A stretch of DNA of 63,484 nt, filler included, from Octopus bimaculoides (taxonomy: Eukaryota), in the NCBI RefSeq assembly GCF_001194135.2. It is 5 parts of 5 records of this genome, joined end to end, with 100 filler letters (N's around TTAATTAATTAA, not from the genome) between each part and the next. Parts side by side here need not be neighbours in the genome. Positions count along the whole stretch, not along the records: positions 43,411 to 58,955 come from NC_068987.1; positions 59,056 to 62,223 come from NC_068991.1; positions 62,324 to 63,484 come from NC_069002.1; 2 more parts are not named here. One strand, written 5' to 3'. Below are positions 49,978 through 63,318 of this stretch, one piece after another; position 1 is the stretch's first letter; each line of letters starts with the position of its first letter. The position numbers and the translations under genes are program-made. Under the pieces are notes generated by a model. It was not told the origin of the DNA. It saw only the letters and a program-made list of their open reading frames with translations, and searched no databases.

Positions 49978-50310
49978 GACGGGCTTCTTTCAGTTTCCGT
50001 CTACCAAATCCACTCACAAGGCTTTGGTCGGCCCGAGGCTATAGTAGAAGACACTTGCCCAAGGTGCCACGCAGTGGGACTGAACCCAGAACCATGTGGT
50101 TGGTAAGCAAGCTATTTACCACACAGCCACTCCTGCGCCTACGATGTTTCAGAAACCATAAGAAAAGTATGTGTTTGTTTCAAAATTTGAGATTACATAG
50201 ACAGTATTTTACGTAGGATATAGGCTGTTCCCATGGGCACTATCTTTTGAATTTCTGCCATTTTGGGGTTTCCTGATATCTGAGCTAGGTAGCAATCAAC
50301 CCCTTTTGCT
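49570..50310 (-). mobile_element. 3' end of an R4-like LINE interrupted by SINE A
   Basis: Minus: DCYLAQISGNPKMAEIQKIVPMGTAYILRKILSM* (typical LQKxxLLGTAHILRKVL terminus); the presumed 3' UTR continues left of the SINE. Confidence 0.65.
49695..50140 (-). mobile_element. SINE family A, full length, well preserved
   Basis: Closest to the window consensus; intact A/B boxes. Confidence 0.9.
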
Positions 50311-50339
50311 ATCATTCATATGATCGTTAGATGATCGTT

Positions 50340-50830
50340 AGATGGAGCGAGATCAGGAGTGTAAAGAGGATGAGACAAAACTTCCATATTTTATACCATG
50401 CTCTTTCCTGGGTAATTTGGGCAACTTGTGATCTTGCATAATCACGTGAAGAACAAGACTCCTTTAGCATTGACCAACCAAAGGCTCTCATCTGCAATTT
50501 TCTGCGCAGTGCTTCCAATTGACGGCATCACTTCGCATTAACTGTTTCTCATTAAAGGTTTAACAATTATGTTGAGTATGGATAAACGACACTATCCGTA
50601 CCCCACAAAACAGAGCATAACTTCTTCCGGGTTGGGAGTGGCGTTTCCCTTTTCATTGGTGCTAACCATTGTCATTTTAGTTTGATACAGTTACAGAGTA
50701 TCCACTTTTCATTACTTGTGATGATTCTACCCAGGAAAGGTTTGGCAGCAAGTTTACTCTTCGATGACGAGCAGCTCTTTGATTAAACTGAAATGCAGTC
50801 AGCTGATGAGGAAGCCAGCTGACCCAGTTT
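50340..50830 (-). pseudogene. Mariner transposase remnant
   Basis: WLPHQLT...PFLGRIITSNEKWILC (WVPHEL...TGDEKW), RDYARSQ (HDNARPH), EVLSHPLYTPDLAPSNDH (YSPDLAPSD). Confidence 0.8.
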
Positions 50831-51208
50831 AGATACTTTTTTCTCGTTCATGAAGGTGTTTTATAATCGAAGTGTAACTAGAATTGTAATGTGCTTATTC
50901 TCGTGCAGTTTGCTTTGGATTTTACTCGGATATGCTTTTCAGAAGCTCAATATTGCTAGAATTTGGTCTTATTTAATTTGCTTTGCGGGAGCAACTGTTT
51001 TATCGAAAGCGTATATCGTTATTAAATTGTCGAAATATGAGAGTAGAAAAAACAGCCAACAACTGATGAAGGGTCGTTCTTTACGTTGTTTGTCTTGTTT
51101 TCCATTTGTGTCTTTCGTTGTTCGAAAAAGTAGTTCATATTCCATGTACTCGTACTTCATATTTTTTGTTGTACACGTTTCGTGACGTCCTGTGCCCACA
51201 TATGCATA

Positions 51209-51244
<36 letters not shown>

Positions 51245-53187
51245 CGTATAGATGTATGTACATATACGTATGTATATATGCATATATATATTATTTATAT
51301 TATATTATAGTATATCATATTATATCATATATATATATGGAAAGAAAGAAAGAGAGAGAGAGAGAGAGATGAAAATACATGTGGCAGTAACGTATATGTA
51401 TATACATGTATGTTATTGCCACAGAAGCAATACCGAATAACTATCTTTATATTCTATTAAATATAGATGTGTTAATGGAATGTGGAATACTGCAATATTC
51501 GTCTTGATAGATCCTCTGATATTGACGTACAAAGCGACATAGACACGTATTATCAGACGAGAATAGTCTGGCATGACCATTCGGCATTAATACCGCATCC
51601 GTCACTAATATCTATTTTTTAATAAGCCTGCTGGCTATGTGCCAAGTCAAGGACTAAAATGTCGCTGCTATTCCATATACCGTTGGCAGCGAGATTTGGC
51701 TTGTATACGGCGAGTAGACAACTGCCACTGAGGAAGTGCGATACAAGGAAATTATATGGTCCGACAGTACCGGTGCCAATGCTGAGCGTTTGTATGCTAA
51801 TATGCATGCTCGTATATAATGCAATATCTTTTAGTATAAGTATACAGATATTATATAATCAGTGTGACATTAGGCCATACAATAAAATGATATGTTTTCA
51901 TATACAGTGAAATGTTTATCTCTTGAAGTGACATGTATTCTCATAGTTCTGCCAGAATTTTTAAACATAGAATACTTTCTCAATTATAATATGCAATTAA
52001 TAGTTTTGTTGCTCTTGTCTCAATATCAAGTCTGCCCAAACTGAGCAGGTCTATGATCGAAGATATTCTGGCAATTAGATTTTCGGGCATTGCATATCTA
52101 GGGATAACCGTACGTCAACTAATGTTGCATTACATTATTAAAAAGAGCAAAATGTAGTTGAAGGAAGAATTAAACAAGCTCTTGGATTTTCTACCTTTCA
52201 TACAGCGAAACGTCTAGGATGTGATAACAGGAGGGAAGAAGGGTTGTACCAACACCAGGTTGCACTAGTTACAGTTAAGCTGACTGGAACAATATAAATT
52301 GAAACACCTTCCTCAAGGACAATGCGCTTTTCAGTCTAGGAACTGAACACGCATTATGATCATAAACCGAAAACTCTAACCACTGAGCCATGCGCCTTTA
52401 CAGCATGTATAGAAGTGTACCAATGTAATGTGATGTGCTGCAGTCTGGCGTGGTGTCAGTGTAGTGTGGTAGCAATGTTAGTACTTCCTGTCAATACTTA
52501 TGCCTGAAGGCTGCAACTAATTCCATTATTTTTGCACATATTTACATAACTACTTGTATTTCAGTATATTTATATTACTGGAGGAAGCCTCTAAATGGTT
52601 TCCTACTCCGCGAGAAATACCGGCTAATTTTCACTTAAACTACTTCCTAACTTCTTAAAGTTTGAAGGACACTGTGGATAATGTAATCATAGCTGAAATA
52701 TGACATGACAAAAAAATGCGATGGTCATGTCCGAAATGTCTTTGGTCTTGGCTATGCTTAATCAAGGTTGAATTGGGGATAAATAAAGCCAACAAGATGA
52801 GATCGAGGACAAAAATATCAACAACAACAGTGAAAAGCGCCACAAAACAAAAAATAAGCCCTCGGCAAACTAATGCCGCGACGGTTACGACTTCCTCTTG
52901 AAGCCATATAATTCCACTTCCGTTGCTAAATCCTCTTAGTAAGAACTAAGTGTCATAATATCACAACTTTGCCAAATGTTCTAAAAGCATAATGCCTGGT
53001 GTTTTGTCAAAATAAAAGCCATGTGGTTAACAAGGTCCATTCAAAACCTCGTAATTCAGCTTTCGATCCCATTACAAATCATATTAGGAAAGGCTGTCTT
53101 CTAGTTCTAACATAAGCTCGATTGGAACATGTATGTGTATGTATGTATGTATGTATGTATGTATGTATGCACGCATGCATGCATGCA

Positions 53188-53225
<38 letters not shown>

Positions 53226-53234
<9 letters not shown>

Positions 53235-53395
53235 AACCTCGTGGATATCGTTGGCGATTTTTTCTTTCTCCGTCTTTCCCTTCTTTGGACTTTCTTTGTT
53301 TCCGACGAAGAGCTCCGCCCGAAACGTCAAATTCTCTTTCTTTCCTTTCCCGAGCATCTAGTAACACAATCTGTATCACGTCCTCATGTTGTTGC
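53226..53395 (+). mobile_element. Pyrimidine-rich repeat family F carrying a minimal hammerhead
   Basis: Contains TTT-CCGACGA-A-GAGC-TCC-GCCC-GAAA-CGTC-AAA; extent is approximate. Confidence 0.45.
53296..53335 (+). ncRNA. Minimal Penelope-type hammerhead ribozyme, degenerate
   Basis: Core CCGACGA (U4 to C) 53302-53308, stem II GAGC/GCCC (one mismatch), GAAACGUC 53321-53328 with palindromic ACGU, stem I UUU/AAA. Confidence 0.55.
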
Positions 53396-53499
53396 TTTTT
53401 TTTTNNNNNNNNNNNNNNNNNNNNNNNNNNNNNNNNNNNNNNNNNNNNNNNNNATATCCATATCCATTTAGATATATGCATATTTATGCAAATGTGTAT

Positions 53500-53815
53500 G
53501 CGCAGACGTGGGCGTGTGGTAAGAAGGTTCTTTCCCAACCACATGGTTCCGGGTTCCGTCATACTGTGAGGCACCTTGGCAAGTGTCTTCTACTATGGGC
53601 CTCGGGTCAACCAAATCCTTGTGAGTGGATGTAGTAGACGGAAACCGAAAGAAGCTCGTCTTATGTATGTATATATGTATATATATATGTATGTGTGTGT
53701 GTGTGTGTGTGTGTATGTGTGTGTGCGTGTGTGTGCGTGCGTGATTGTGTCTCTGTCCCCCACCACCGCTTGACAATCGATTACTTCCCCGTAACCTAGC
53801 GGTTCGGCAGAAACC
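53500..53815 (+). mobile_element. SINE family A variant, 3'-truncated
   Basis: GGCGTGTGGTAAG ... GGTTCCGGGTTCCGTC ... GCACCTTGGCAAGTGTCTTC. Confidence 0.78.
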
Positions 53816-53984
53816 AGCAAATCGTACCAAACGCCGAGTTCTGTCGTCAAAGGTAATTGAGGTCTAAGCAAGTGTAATTGTCAAGTGTAATTGAGGTCTA
53901 AGCAAGTAATTAGACATTGTCTTGTAATTGTTACATACGTTCCAGCAACTTGAAATCCAGTTTATCCGTTAATAAATTGGATTT

Positions 53985-54297
53985 TGAATAGCTTGAACAC
54001 TTTGCATACAGTCCATATCTCACCTCTTTTGAATATCAACTCTTTGGACTGCTCAAATATTTTAAAAGATGTTGTTGATTTGTTACGGACGAAGAAGCGC
54101 AAGATGTGGTGAGTAAATGGATGCCAAACCAGCCGAAAACCTTTTTTCCGATAGAATAAGCAAGCTTATAGACCGCTGGCAGAGGGACATCGAAAAGCAA
54201 GAAGACAGTGTCAAAAGTCAATGTAATTGTTCTATCCCTGCTTTTGTTTTGATACATTACTGAAACCAGAATACGTATAATGTTTGACTTGCCCCAC
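53985..54297 (+). pseudogene. Mariner transposase C-terminal remnant
   Basis: LEHFAYSPYLT..YQLFG...DEEAQDVVSKWMPNQPKTFFSDRISKLIDRWQRDIEKQEDSV. Confidence 0.7.
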
Positions 54298-54324
54298 CTC
54301 TCTCTCATTTATATATATATATCG

Positions 54325-54698
54325 TGGCACTCCGTCGGTTATGATGACGCGGGTTCTAGCTGATCAGATCAACGGAACAGCCTGATCGTAAAATTAACGT
54401 GCAAGTGGCTGAGCACTCCACAAACACGTGTACCCATAACGTAGTTCTCGGGGAGATTCAGTGTGAAAGAGTGTGACAAGGCTGGCCCTTTCAAATACAG
54501 GTACAATAGAAACAGGAAGAAAGAGTGAGAGAAAGTTGTGGTGAAAGAGTACAGCAGGGTTCGCCACCATCCCCTGCCGGAGCCTCGTGGAGCTTTAGGT
54601 GTTTTCGCTCAATAAACATTCACAACGCCCGGTCTGGGGATCGAAACCGCGACCCTATGACCGCGAGTCCACTGCCATAGCCGCTGGGCCATTGCACC

Positions 54699-54702
<4 letters not shown>
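54325..54702 (-). mobile_element. tRNA-derived SINE family B
   Basis: Collinear with 45071-45452. Confidence 0.87.
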
Positions 54703-54770
<68 letters not shown>

Positions 54771-54771
54771 C

Positions 54772-54821
<50 letters not shown>

Positions 54822-55916
54822 GCCGGTCTCCCGATCTACGAAAAACGGTTTTGAGATCCTTTGCAGCGTGATTTAATGTTCTTACTGTACCTTATGGTCA
54901 CTTCTTCCATCAATTCCAAGTCATCGCAGAGCAACGTGAAATGAAGTTTTCCACTCACGAACACAACGCACCACCTTGGCCGAGAATCGAAACCACGATT
55001 TCACGCTCGCGAGAGCGACATCCTAACTATCAGGGAAAACACCCTCATTTTACACACACACACACACACGCACACACACATTTGAAGACTGCGAACGAGG
55101 TAGCATGTTTCTTCTACGCTCTGATACATTATATAGGTATATGTAAATGTGTGTGTCTGTGCGCACGCGCGTTTGTGTGTGCACATACATACATGCATGC
55201 ATTCATATATACATACATGCATGTATACATACATACATACATACATACATACATACGTGCAAATTAAACAGTAAGTATTCTAAACTTCCTCATGTATATG
55301 ATTTAAACTTTTATATCACTTAATAAAAATAAGAATTTTAGACGATTTCCTTTATTTTGTCAGGATTTATGCTTGGCAGGACGACGTCATCGGAGACACT
55401 TGTACTTCCCGAGTTAAGATATCACTGCCATATCATATAGACTGATAAGTGTTGCTTACTAAAGGTTTCAAGATAAAATACACCGGAAACAGTGGAACTG
55501 TATGGATTAGACCTTCGATAGAAACAACAACAACAATAATACCACCACCACCACCACCACCACCACCACTCACAACAGCAACAATATCAACAACAATTGC
55601 GATAACAAATAAGTAAATGTATTTATCATCAATCTAACGTTGGGAAAGATTTTTCTTCTTTTCAGCTGGGTGGGGGAATGCCATGGGAAAATAAATATTA
55701 TTTCACCGGTTATTTAGAAAAAGAATTGTTTTTAACATAGGTGCAAGGCCTGGAATTTTGGCGGGAAGGAGATTAGTCGATATCTTGAACCCTCCGCTGC
55801 TTGACTATACTTTATTTTATGGAGCTGGACACACGAAAAGTAAAGCTGGACACAGGATAGTTAAGAACCAGGAGAAATACCGACGCTCTATGCTGCTACT
55901 GCAAGCTGCTGCTGCA

Positions 55917-55974
<58 letters not shown>

Positions 55975-55992
55975 ATAATAATAATAATAATA

Positions 55993-56022
<30 letters not shown>

Positions 56023-56023
<1 letters not shown>

Positions 56024-56573
56024 ATGCCCGGATGCAGTACCAGGCAGTGGTTCTCATGGCTTCTGATCTTGATTGATTGGAAGTGTTATCATGTACATTG
56101 TTTTGTCTTGGTATAAAAAGATGGGCTACAGCAAATATTCTGCTCAGTACCACAGATTTGCTTGTCAGTTGTTTGACCTTAACCAGTTGAGCATGTCCCT
56201 TGGTGGCTGACGATATGTGCATCTCTGAACACGAGCAGAAGTAGTGGAGGAGCATCAAAGCCGTGTGTTGAGAGGAATTCTTTGGAGTTTGAATAATTCA
56301 CCTTTGGAAACATCGGTGTTTTGCTCAACATCCTTAAACAAACCTTATTCAGAGACCTTTTGAGCGGGATGGACTACTCGATCTGAAGAAAATTCTAACT
56401 GGGCCCCCACCTGCGAGGTCATGCACTGTTTATCCTGATATGAGATCATCATGTCACGCATATATATGGTTGTGATGCATGTGCCTGGTATACCCTTATC
56501 AGTCATGGTGGATATACGAGGCTTCGTATATTTTACCCGTATCACTTTGGTAGCATGTACTGCTCACTCACTC
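56023..56573 (+). mobile_element. Family G ~550-bp element flanked by (AAT)n
   Basis: Same 5' start (GATGCAGT(A/G)CCAG) and 3' end (CTCACTC-AATAAT) as 32061-32614. Confidence 0.82.
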
Positions 56574-56614
<41 letters not shown>

Positions 56615-56789
56615 TAATGATAATAATAATAATGATGATGATGATGATGATGATGATGGTAATGATGATGATGATGATGATGATAATTACCAAGAAAGAG
56701 AGGGGGGAAAGGACATATTGGATGCGAACACAGCATTAGAGCAGAAGAAAACAACATAGCATGGTATGTAAAAATTGCCACAGAACCTT

Positions 56790-58267
56790 CCATCATCGTT
56801 CACAGGTGGTCTTCGATATATGCACGGACGAACACAAGATGCTATGTTCATATGTCAGGACATATGGAAAACCAGATTTTTTTGTCACTTTCACCTGCAT
56901 TCCTAAATGGGAGGAAATAAATTCTTCCAGTGTTGCATCTTCTGGTATTGCAGCTACCCTCCTCAGTGGGGTAAGAACTTCTCATTCCATGTTCAAGCTC
57001 CTTCTTAAGATTGCAACGAAAGAATCTCAAATGTACATTTCCAAAAACTTTGCAATGGCAGCAGTTCTTCAACATACTTGCGTCATTGTTTGGGGTGAGT
57101 GCACTATGCCACATCGTGGAGATGTGGAGGTACTTGGACGTACCCTCCAAGACATAAAAAACAATAGCACGCTCATGAGAGGAGTAACAGTTCTAGCAGG
57201 AGATTTTCACCAAACGTCGCCAGTTATCCCCAAAGGATCAAAAGCTGATGAGGTCAATGCATGCTTACAAAAATCGTACCTTTGGAGACATGGGAGAAAA
57301 CTTCATTTTACAAGCAACATGCAAGTACTTCTACAAGCTGATCATACGAGCTTCTTAACATTGGTAATGGGATATTAGCATTCAACTCAAGACTTCAGCT
57401 ACATGAAATCACATGCGATCAAATGATACTTTCTCTTAGGGATCTTATGAATAAATTATTTCCTAATTTATCTGCTAATTACACTGGTGTAAACTGGCTA
57501 TGTGAAAGAGCTATACTGGCTCCAACTAATGAAATTGTCGATAAACTCAATTATAGAGTTCTTCAACAGATACAACAGAAATGACTTTTCGATCAACTGA
57601 CAACAGTCGATCACAGTCAGGTTGTTCAATACCCTATTGAATTTCTGAACACACTTAAATCCACTGGGATGCCACCGCATAACTTGGCACTAAAACTGAG
57701 TGCTCCCATTATGTTGCTTAGGAATCTTAACCCATCTCACCTGTGTAATGAAATTCGCTTAATTGTTACTTCCATGAAGCCCCATATCCTACAGGCAACA
57801 ATCATAACAGGTAGTTACAAAAGAGAAAATGTCTTTATTCCCAAAATTCCTCCCATACCTACAGATTTTCCATTTGAATTTAAGAGGCTTCAGTTTCCAG
57901 TCAAACGAAATTTTGGTCTTTCAATTAACAAATCTCAGGGTCAATCCCTCAAGGTAGTTGGACTTGATCTCTCTACTACATGCTTCTCCCACGGTCAACT
58001 CTATGTTGGTTGCTCGCGACTTGGAAGCAGCAACAATTTATTCATTTCGATACCAACAAAAAATTACGCAATGAATATTGTTTACCCCGAGGTGCTTCAA
58101 CATTGACAGATTTTCTAATCTAAATTCTATTATAATTACAATTTTAATATTTCTTCATAAAATATAGATATTTCGAAATAATTATTAAGGATATATCTTT
58201 ATATTTATTGTTTACTAGTCTGAATAAGCACAGAAGTAACCCGGGCAACGCCGGGTCATTCAGCTAG
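56790..58267 (+). mobile_element. Internally deleted Helitron (Rep fragment + PIF1-family helicase) with canonical 3' terminus
   Basis: SFTGGLRYMHGRTQDAM(fs)SYVRTYGKPDFFVTFTCIPKWEEI (Rep), VASSGIAATLL, VWGECTM, LAGDFHQ, PIMLLRNLN, SINKSQGQSL, FSHGQLYVGCSR; hairpin ACCCGG-GCAACG-CCGGGT 58239-58256 then CTAG|T 58264-58268. Confidence 0.92.
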
Positions 58268-58590
58268 TATATANNNNNNNNNNNNNNNNNNNNNNNNNNN
58301 NNNNNNNNNNNNNNNNNNNNNNNNNNNNNNNNNNNNNNNNNNNNNNNNNNNNNNNNNNNNNNNNNNNNNNNNNNNNNNNNNNNNNNNNNNNNNNNNNNNN
58401 NNNNNNNNNNNNNNNNNNNNNNNNNNNNNNNNNNNNNNNNNNNNNNNNNNNNNNNNNNNNNNNNNNNNNNNNNNNNNNNNNNNNNNNNNNNNNNNNNNNN
58501 NNNNNNNNNNNNNNNNNNNNNNNATATACACATACACACATATACATATGTGTGTGTATACATATGCATACACATATATGTGTATGTTTG

Positions 58591-58624
<34 letters not shown>

Positions 58625-58955
58625 TGTATGTATGTATGTATGTGTGTATTTATAAACATTGCACTAAATTAACACCAGGTTTAGCGATGTGTCCATGACA
58701 TTACATCTCCAGCAATCATAACTGTTTACATTCCGTCTGAAAGCAGCTCCTGCCACCGGCTACATTCTCTGTACCTCGAACACAAACACACAGAAACACA
58801 CAAGCATACCTTTATAGAAATATTTGATAAATACTTACGCGAATGCACGCACGCAATCATGATAACGTATATCTAGAACGTATATACACATACATGCTTA
58901 TATAACTTACAAAGACATACATATGCCCACCGACATACATATATACATATATATA

Positions 58956-59055
58956 NNNNNNNNNNNNNNNNNNNNNNNNNNNNNNNNNNNNNNNNNNNNT
59001 TAATTAATTAANNNNNNNNNNNNNNNNNNNNNNNNNNNNNNNNNNNNNNNNNNNN
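58956..59055. other. Synthetic scaffold linker
   Basis: 44N-TTAATTAATTAA-44N. Confidence 0.92.
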
Positions 59056-60645
59056 ATATATATATATATACATACACACATATACACACTGTGTGTCTAA
59101 CATTTATCATGTTCCTACTGCATTAGTGGTAATAATTTGTCTCAGGAAGAAATTGGTAAATAGAACAGCTATTTGAACGAAAGCCGAGTCACGCTAGAAT
59201 TAGACCCACTTGAAAAACCTTTAGACTAAACTACCCCTGTGTATTATATTTAGAATTCGTATACAAATGTGGAACAGCTCTTGCTCAAATATTTTGTCTC
59301 GGAGAAAATTTCTCAAGAAGATTTGTGAATTAAAACCGCAGACCTTCACTTAGGGCACCAGTAAATCGCCAGGTACGGTATTTCAACTTGATTTGTTTTG
59401 TGTACACATAATGTATATACAAACAGGATACTACTCACATATATATATGTACACACGTGTTTATTTATGCGTGTGTGAATAAACACATATTTATGCGTGT
59501 GTGAATGCTTGAAAAAGAAAAGGCGGATATAAAATGTGATTAATTACTTTAGTGTCCCAAGAATCTTGGTGGTTATTCTGACGTGGGCCGTAAACCAGTT
59601 AAATGCTACTGGGTTCTATGTTTGGCTACGCATAACATTTTTTTCTCTCTCTGAGCTGCTAAATATCTATTCTGGGTAGCACACAACTAATAAAATATAT
59701 GTTATTTGTTATTCTGGGTAGAGAATAAGCAAACAACAGAAATAGAAACAAAGCAAAACAACAACAACAACAGCAGCAGCAGCAACAACAACAACGGAAT
59801 TGGAATATGAAATAATAATTGCATTCACTGTAGCAACATTGTGAAATAACTCGTGTTTGTTTATTTCTCGTAATGGAAAAACAATTGGACTTCCTTATTT
59901 ACTAGACTATTTTCAGTAGACACATGACTAAAGTTTTGTTTTTTTGGAGTAGGGTAAAGTTTAATCGATATAATCGGTATCAGTGACAAATGCTTGATTT
60001 ATTGACCTTTGAGGTAGGAAAAGCAAAAAGCAATCAAAATTTGAATCCGAAAGGACGGAAAACTAAATGTCCCGATGTGTTAAGGTAGGTGCCCAACTAG
60101 ATCGACTACCGTCATCGATTTCGTGTCGCAGCTGTTAATGTTGATCCCCTATAACTCGGCACATAATTTAGTGAAATCGAAACAGTGTATTATTAATATT
60201 TATGAATTTCATATCGGATGGATTCAAAGTCAAAATCCACCCTGGTGGAATTGAATTGCGGAACTAAAAATATAACATTCAGTAGTTGAAGGTATTTAGT
60301 ACTTTATTGCAACCATTTCTGTGAAATCTGGCAATAGAACAAGTAAAATAAATTTGTTTTTATTAATTGCAAGTGCAAATTTTATGGGAGGGCGGTGATA
60401 TATGATTTAACCAACTCCAGTATATTACTGTACTTATTTTATCGATATCAAAGGCGTTTGTAGTTTGACTCGAACAAGAAGAAACATTTATGATTCGTTT
60501 TATTTATGATTTGTTTTATTTTATATAGTAATTGGCGGACATTTTAACGATGTTTGATACAATTAATGATGAGAGAATTACTATAAGATGTTAGGCGGCT
60601 TATACTTAATGATCTGAAACCCTGTTAGAAATTATCATAATATTA

Positions 60646-61010
60646 ATTTCAAATTATGGCACAAGATCAGTAAGTTCAGGGGGTGGGGTGGGGAGTAAGT
60701 CGATTACATCGACTCCACTACTCAACTGATACTTATTTTATCGACTCCGAAAGGATGAGAGGCAAGGTCGGCCTCGGCTGAATTTGAACACAAAACGTAT
60801 AGACAAACGAAATACTACAAAGCATTTTGCCAAGCCTACTAACGATTCTGCCAGCTCACCGCGTTAAAGATTATCATAATATGTTTCAAATTTTGGCACA
60901 AGGCCAGCAATTTCGTTTCCTTCGACCCCAGCGTTCAACTGGTACTTATTTTATCGATTCTGAAAGGATGAAAGGCAAAGTCGATCCCGACAGCATTTGA
61001 ACTCAGAACC
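60646..61010 (-). mobile_element. Two tandem SINE family D copies
   Basis: 60646-60861 and 60883-61010. Confidence 0.75.
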
Positions 61011-61023
61011 TGAACAAAGATGA

Positions 61024-61143
61024 GACTGATAGAATAAGTACTAGGCTTACAAAGAATAAGTCCTGGGGTCGATTTCTTCGACTAAAACCCTTTAAGGCTC
61101 CAGCAAGGCCGTAGACAAATGACTGAAACAAGTAAAAGAATAA
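61024..61143 (+). mobile_element. SINE family A 3' fragment
   Basis: GATAGAATAAGTACTAGGCTTACAAAGAATAAGTCCTGGGGTCGATTT. Confidence 0.75.
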
Positions 61144-61627
61144 TATTAGTTTCCGTAAATTTTGAGTAGAATTACAATTGACTGAGTCACTAAGGGGTGT
61201 AGTATCGTATCACTGGTGTTGAGCTGAGTCTCTGGAAAAGGCATTTAACTCACCGAAGCAGAATATGCAAACAGATATCAAGAGAGGCACGCATAGCTCT
61301 GCAGCAGAAAGCAGGAGAAATGAATAATCAGTGAAGATTTCATTAGTTGGCAGTGCTCCGCTCGAATCTTGCCATGAAAAAGCCAAAAAATGAAAAAAAT
61401 ATATAAAAAATACTCCAAGAACAAATTAAAATATTGCTTCATTAAGAAAAATCGGTGCTGACTTGGCATTAATGTAGACAGGCAAGCAATATACTAATAG
61501 TAATTACATTAACTGTACATCTTTTCTATTTTCTTGTAGCTTGGAAAGAGATTTATGTGGTCTAACACAGTTGCATCGTAGTGTAAGTACTTTTAGCTGT
61601 TTAAAGCCTGTGTGCGCGCACACACAA

Positions 61628-61729
<102 letters not shown>

Positions 61730-62223
61730 CTCGTTCCCAAAAGTACATAGTAATTAGTAACGAAATTTCTTTGAGCATACATTTGCAACTTTAGGCATTG
61801 ATACTCCATTCCGTTTTATCTCTTCTATATCACAGTGAAATTGGGGTATTACAGACTAAGTCGTAAATTTATGACAGCAGGGCTTCAACATATATTTAGC
61901 CAAATGGGATCTTTTTTAAAACGGGGGCCACATTTTTCATTAATGTTTTACGTAGTGTTTTTGGTACCGAAAGACTTTCAAACTTCGTATACTTATCTAT
62001 TTTGTGTTATAGAACAGAAAAATATTTTTGTATTCGAATTTATTTCATGTAAAAAATTGTCTTATTTCGATAATTTCAACCAATCACTGACAAGTATTCA
62101 GTTGTTTATATTTACTCCTTTGGCTGATTAAGCCATAGCTTCGTTTTATTTGCTTTTTTCATTTTAAATTTGCTGTTTTACCCTAACCCTATCACCGATA
62201 GAATTGTTTCAGAATCGTTTGTT

Positions 62224-62323
62224 NNNNNNNNNNNNNNNNNNNNNNNNNNNNNNNNNNNNNNNNNNNNTTAATTAATTAANNNNNNNNNNNNNNNNNNNNN
62301 NNNNNNNNNNNNNNNNNNNNNNN
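62224..62323. other. Synthetic scaffold linker
   Basis: 44N-TTAATTAATTAA-44N. Confidence 0.92.
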
Positions 62324-62403
<80 letters not shown>

Positions 62404-62554
62404 GCACACATAAATATATGACTCAAAAACTAAAAATGTAGGGATTCACGAACACGGTGACAGGCGGCAGGCGGGCATGCACCGATAGATGTCTGGTACA
62501 GATGGTGATGGTGTTGATAATGAAGCAGATGCTACTGATTATGGTGTTGCAATG

Positions 62555-62587
<33 letters not shown>

Positions 62588-63318
62588 GGTGGTTGTGGTT
62601 GTGGTCTGACGTGGGGAGAAGAAATCTGGAATGCGTCAAATCGAATGAGTAGGACAGGATAGAGTGGGATGGCAAGAGAGCGAATGACGAAGGACAGAGA
62701 AAAAGACAGATAGAGAAGAAGGAAGTGATGAGATGTAAGTAACTGAATTGAGTTGGTGCATTTATTTCTATAGCAATTCAATCATCAATTACCTGGGTTA
62801 ACGGCATTATTTAACGAATATTTATCTGCACCACAAAGAAAAAAAATATCTCCAGAAGGCACATACATATACATATACACTTATTTGACGAATTCGATTA
62901 CGCATAATGACACTATATATATAGATGCATATATGTATATATATATATATAAATATATATAAATATATATATATATGTATATATATATACATATATATTT
63001 ATACACAGTCGTAGATATAAATACTACTCACAATAATAACTGTGGATATAAAGAGTAAGTAATGTTTGAATTATTCATAAGGGCCGTATAACGGTTCAGA
63101 AATAGTAATGTAGAGAACACCGTGTTACGAAAGCTGCGGTGATTCAGCTGGTTGTATGCTTGTTGTGTTTGCTTGGTTGATACTTTGCGAGCGGAATATT
63201 GCGAGCTTGGCTTGGTCTTGCTTTAATCTAAGTCCTCATGATTTGTCTTGATTGATGTACATGTTTTACGTGTGCATTATTTTGCTTATAAACGCAAGTT
63301 ATAAGCAACGGAATAAAT

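Noticed and set aside
3538-50216. Recurring peptides such as RASFSFRLPNPLTRLWSARGYSRRHLPKVP
   Set aside because: They are antisense translations of SINE A copies, not a gene family.
51063-51130. CTGATGA motif as a hammerhead
   Set aside because: No stem II closed by GAAA at a plausible distance.
51500-51910. CpG-rich unique segment as a coding exon
   Set aside because: Every frame is interrupted by stops within ~35-85 codons and no family is recognisable.
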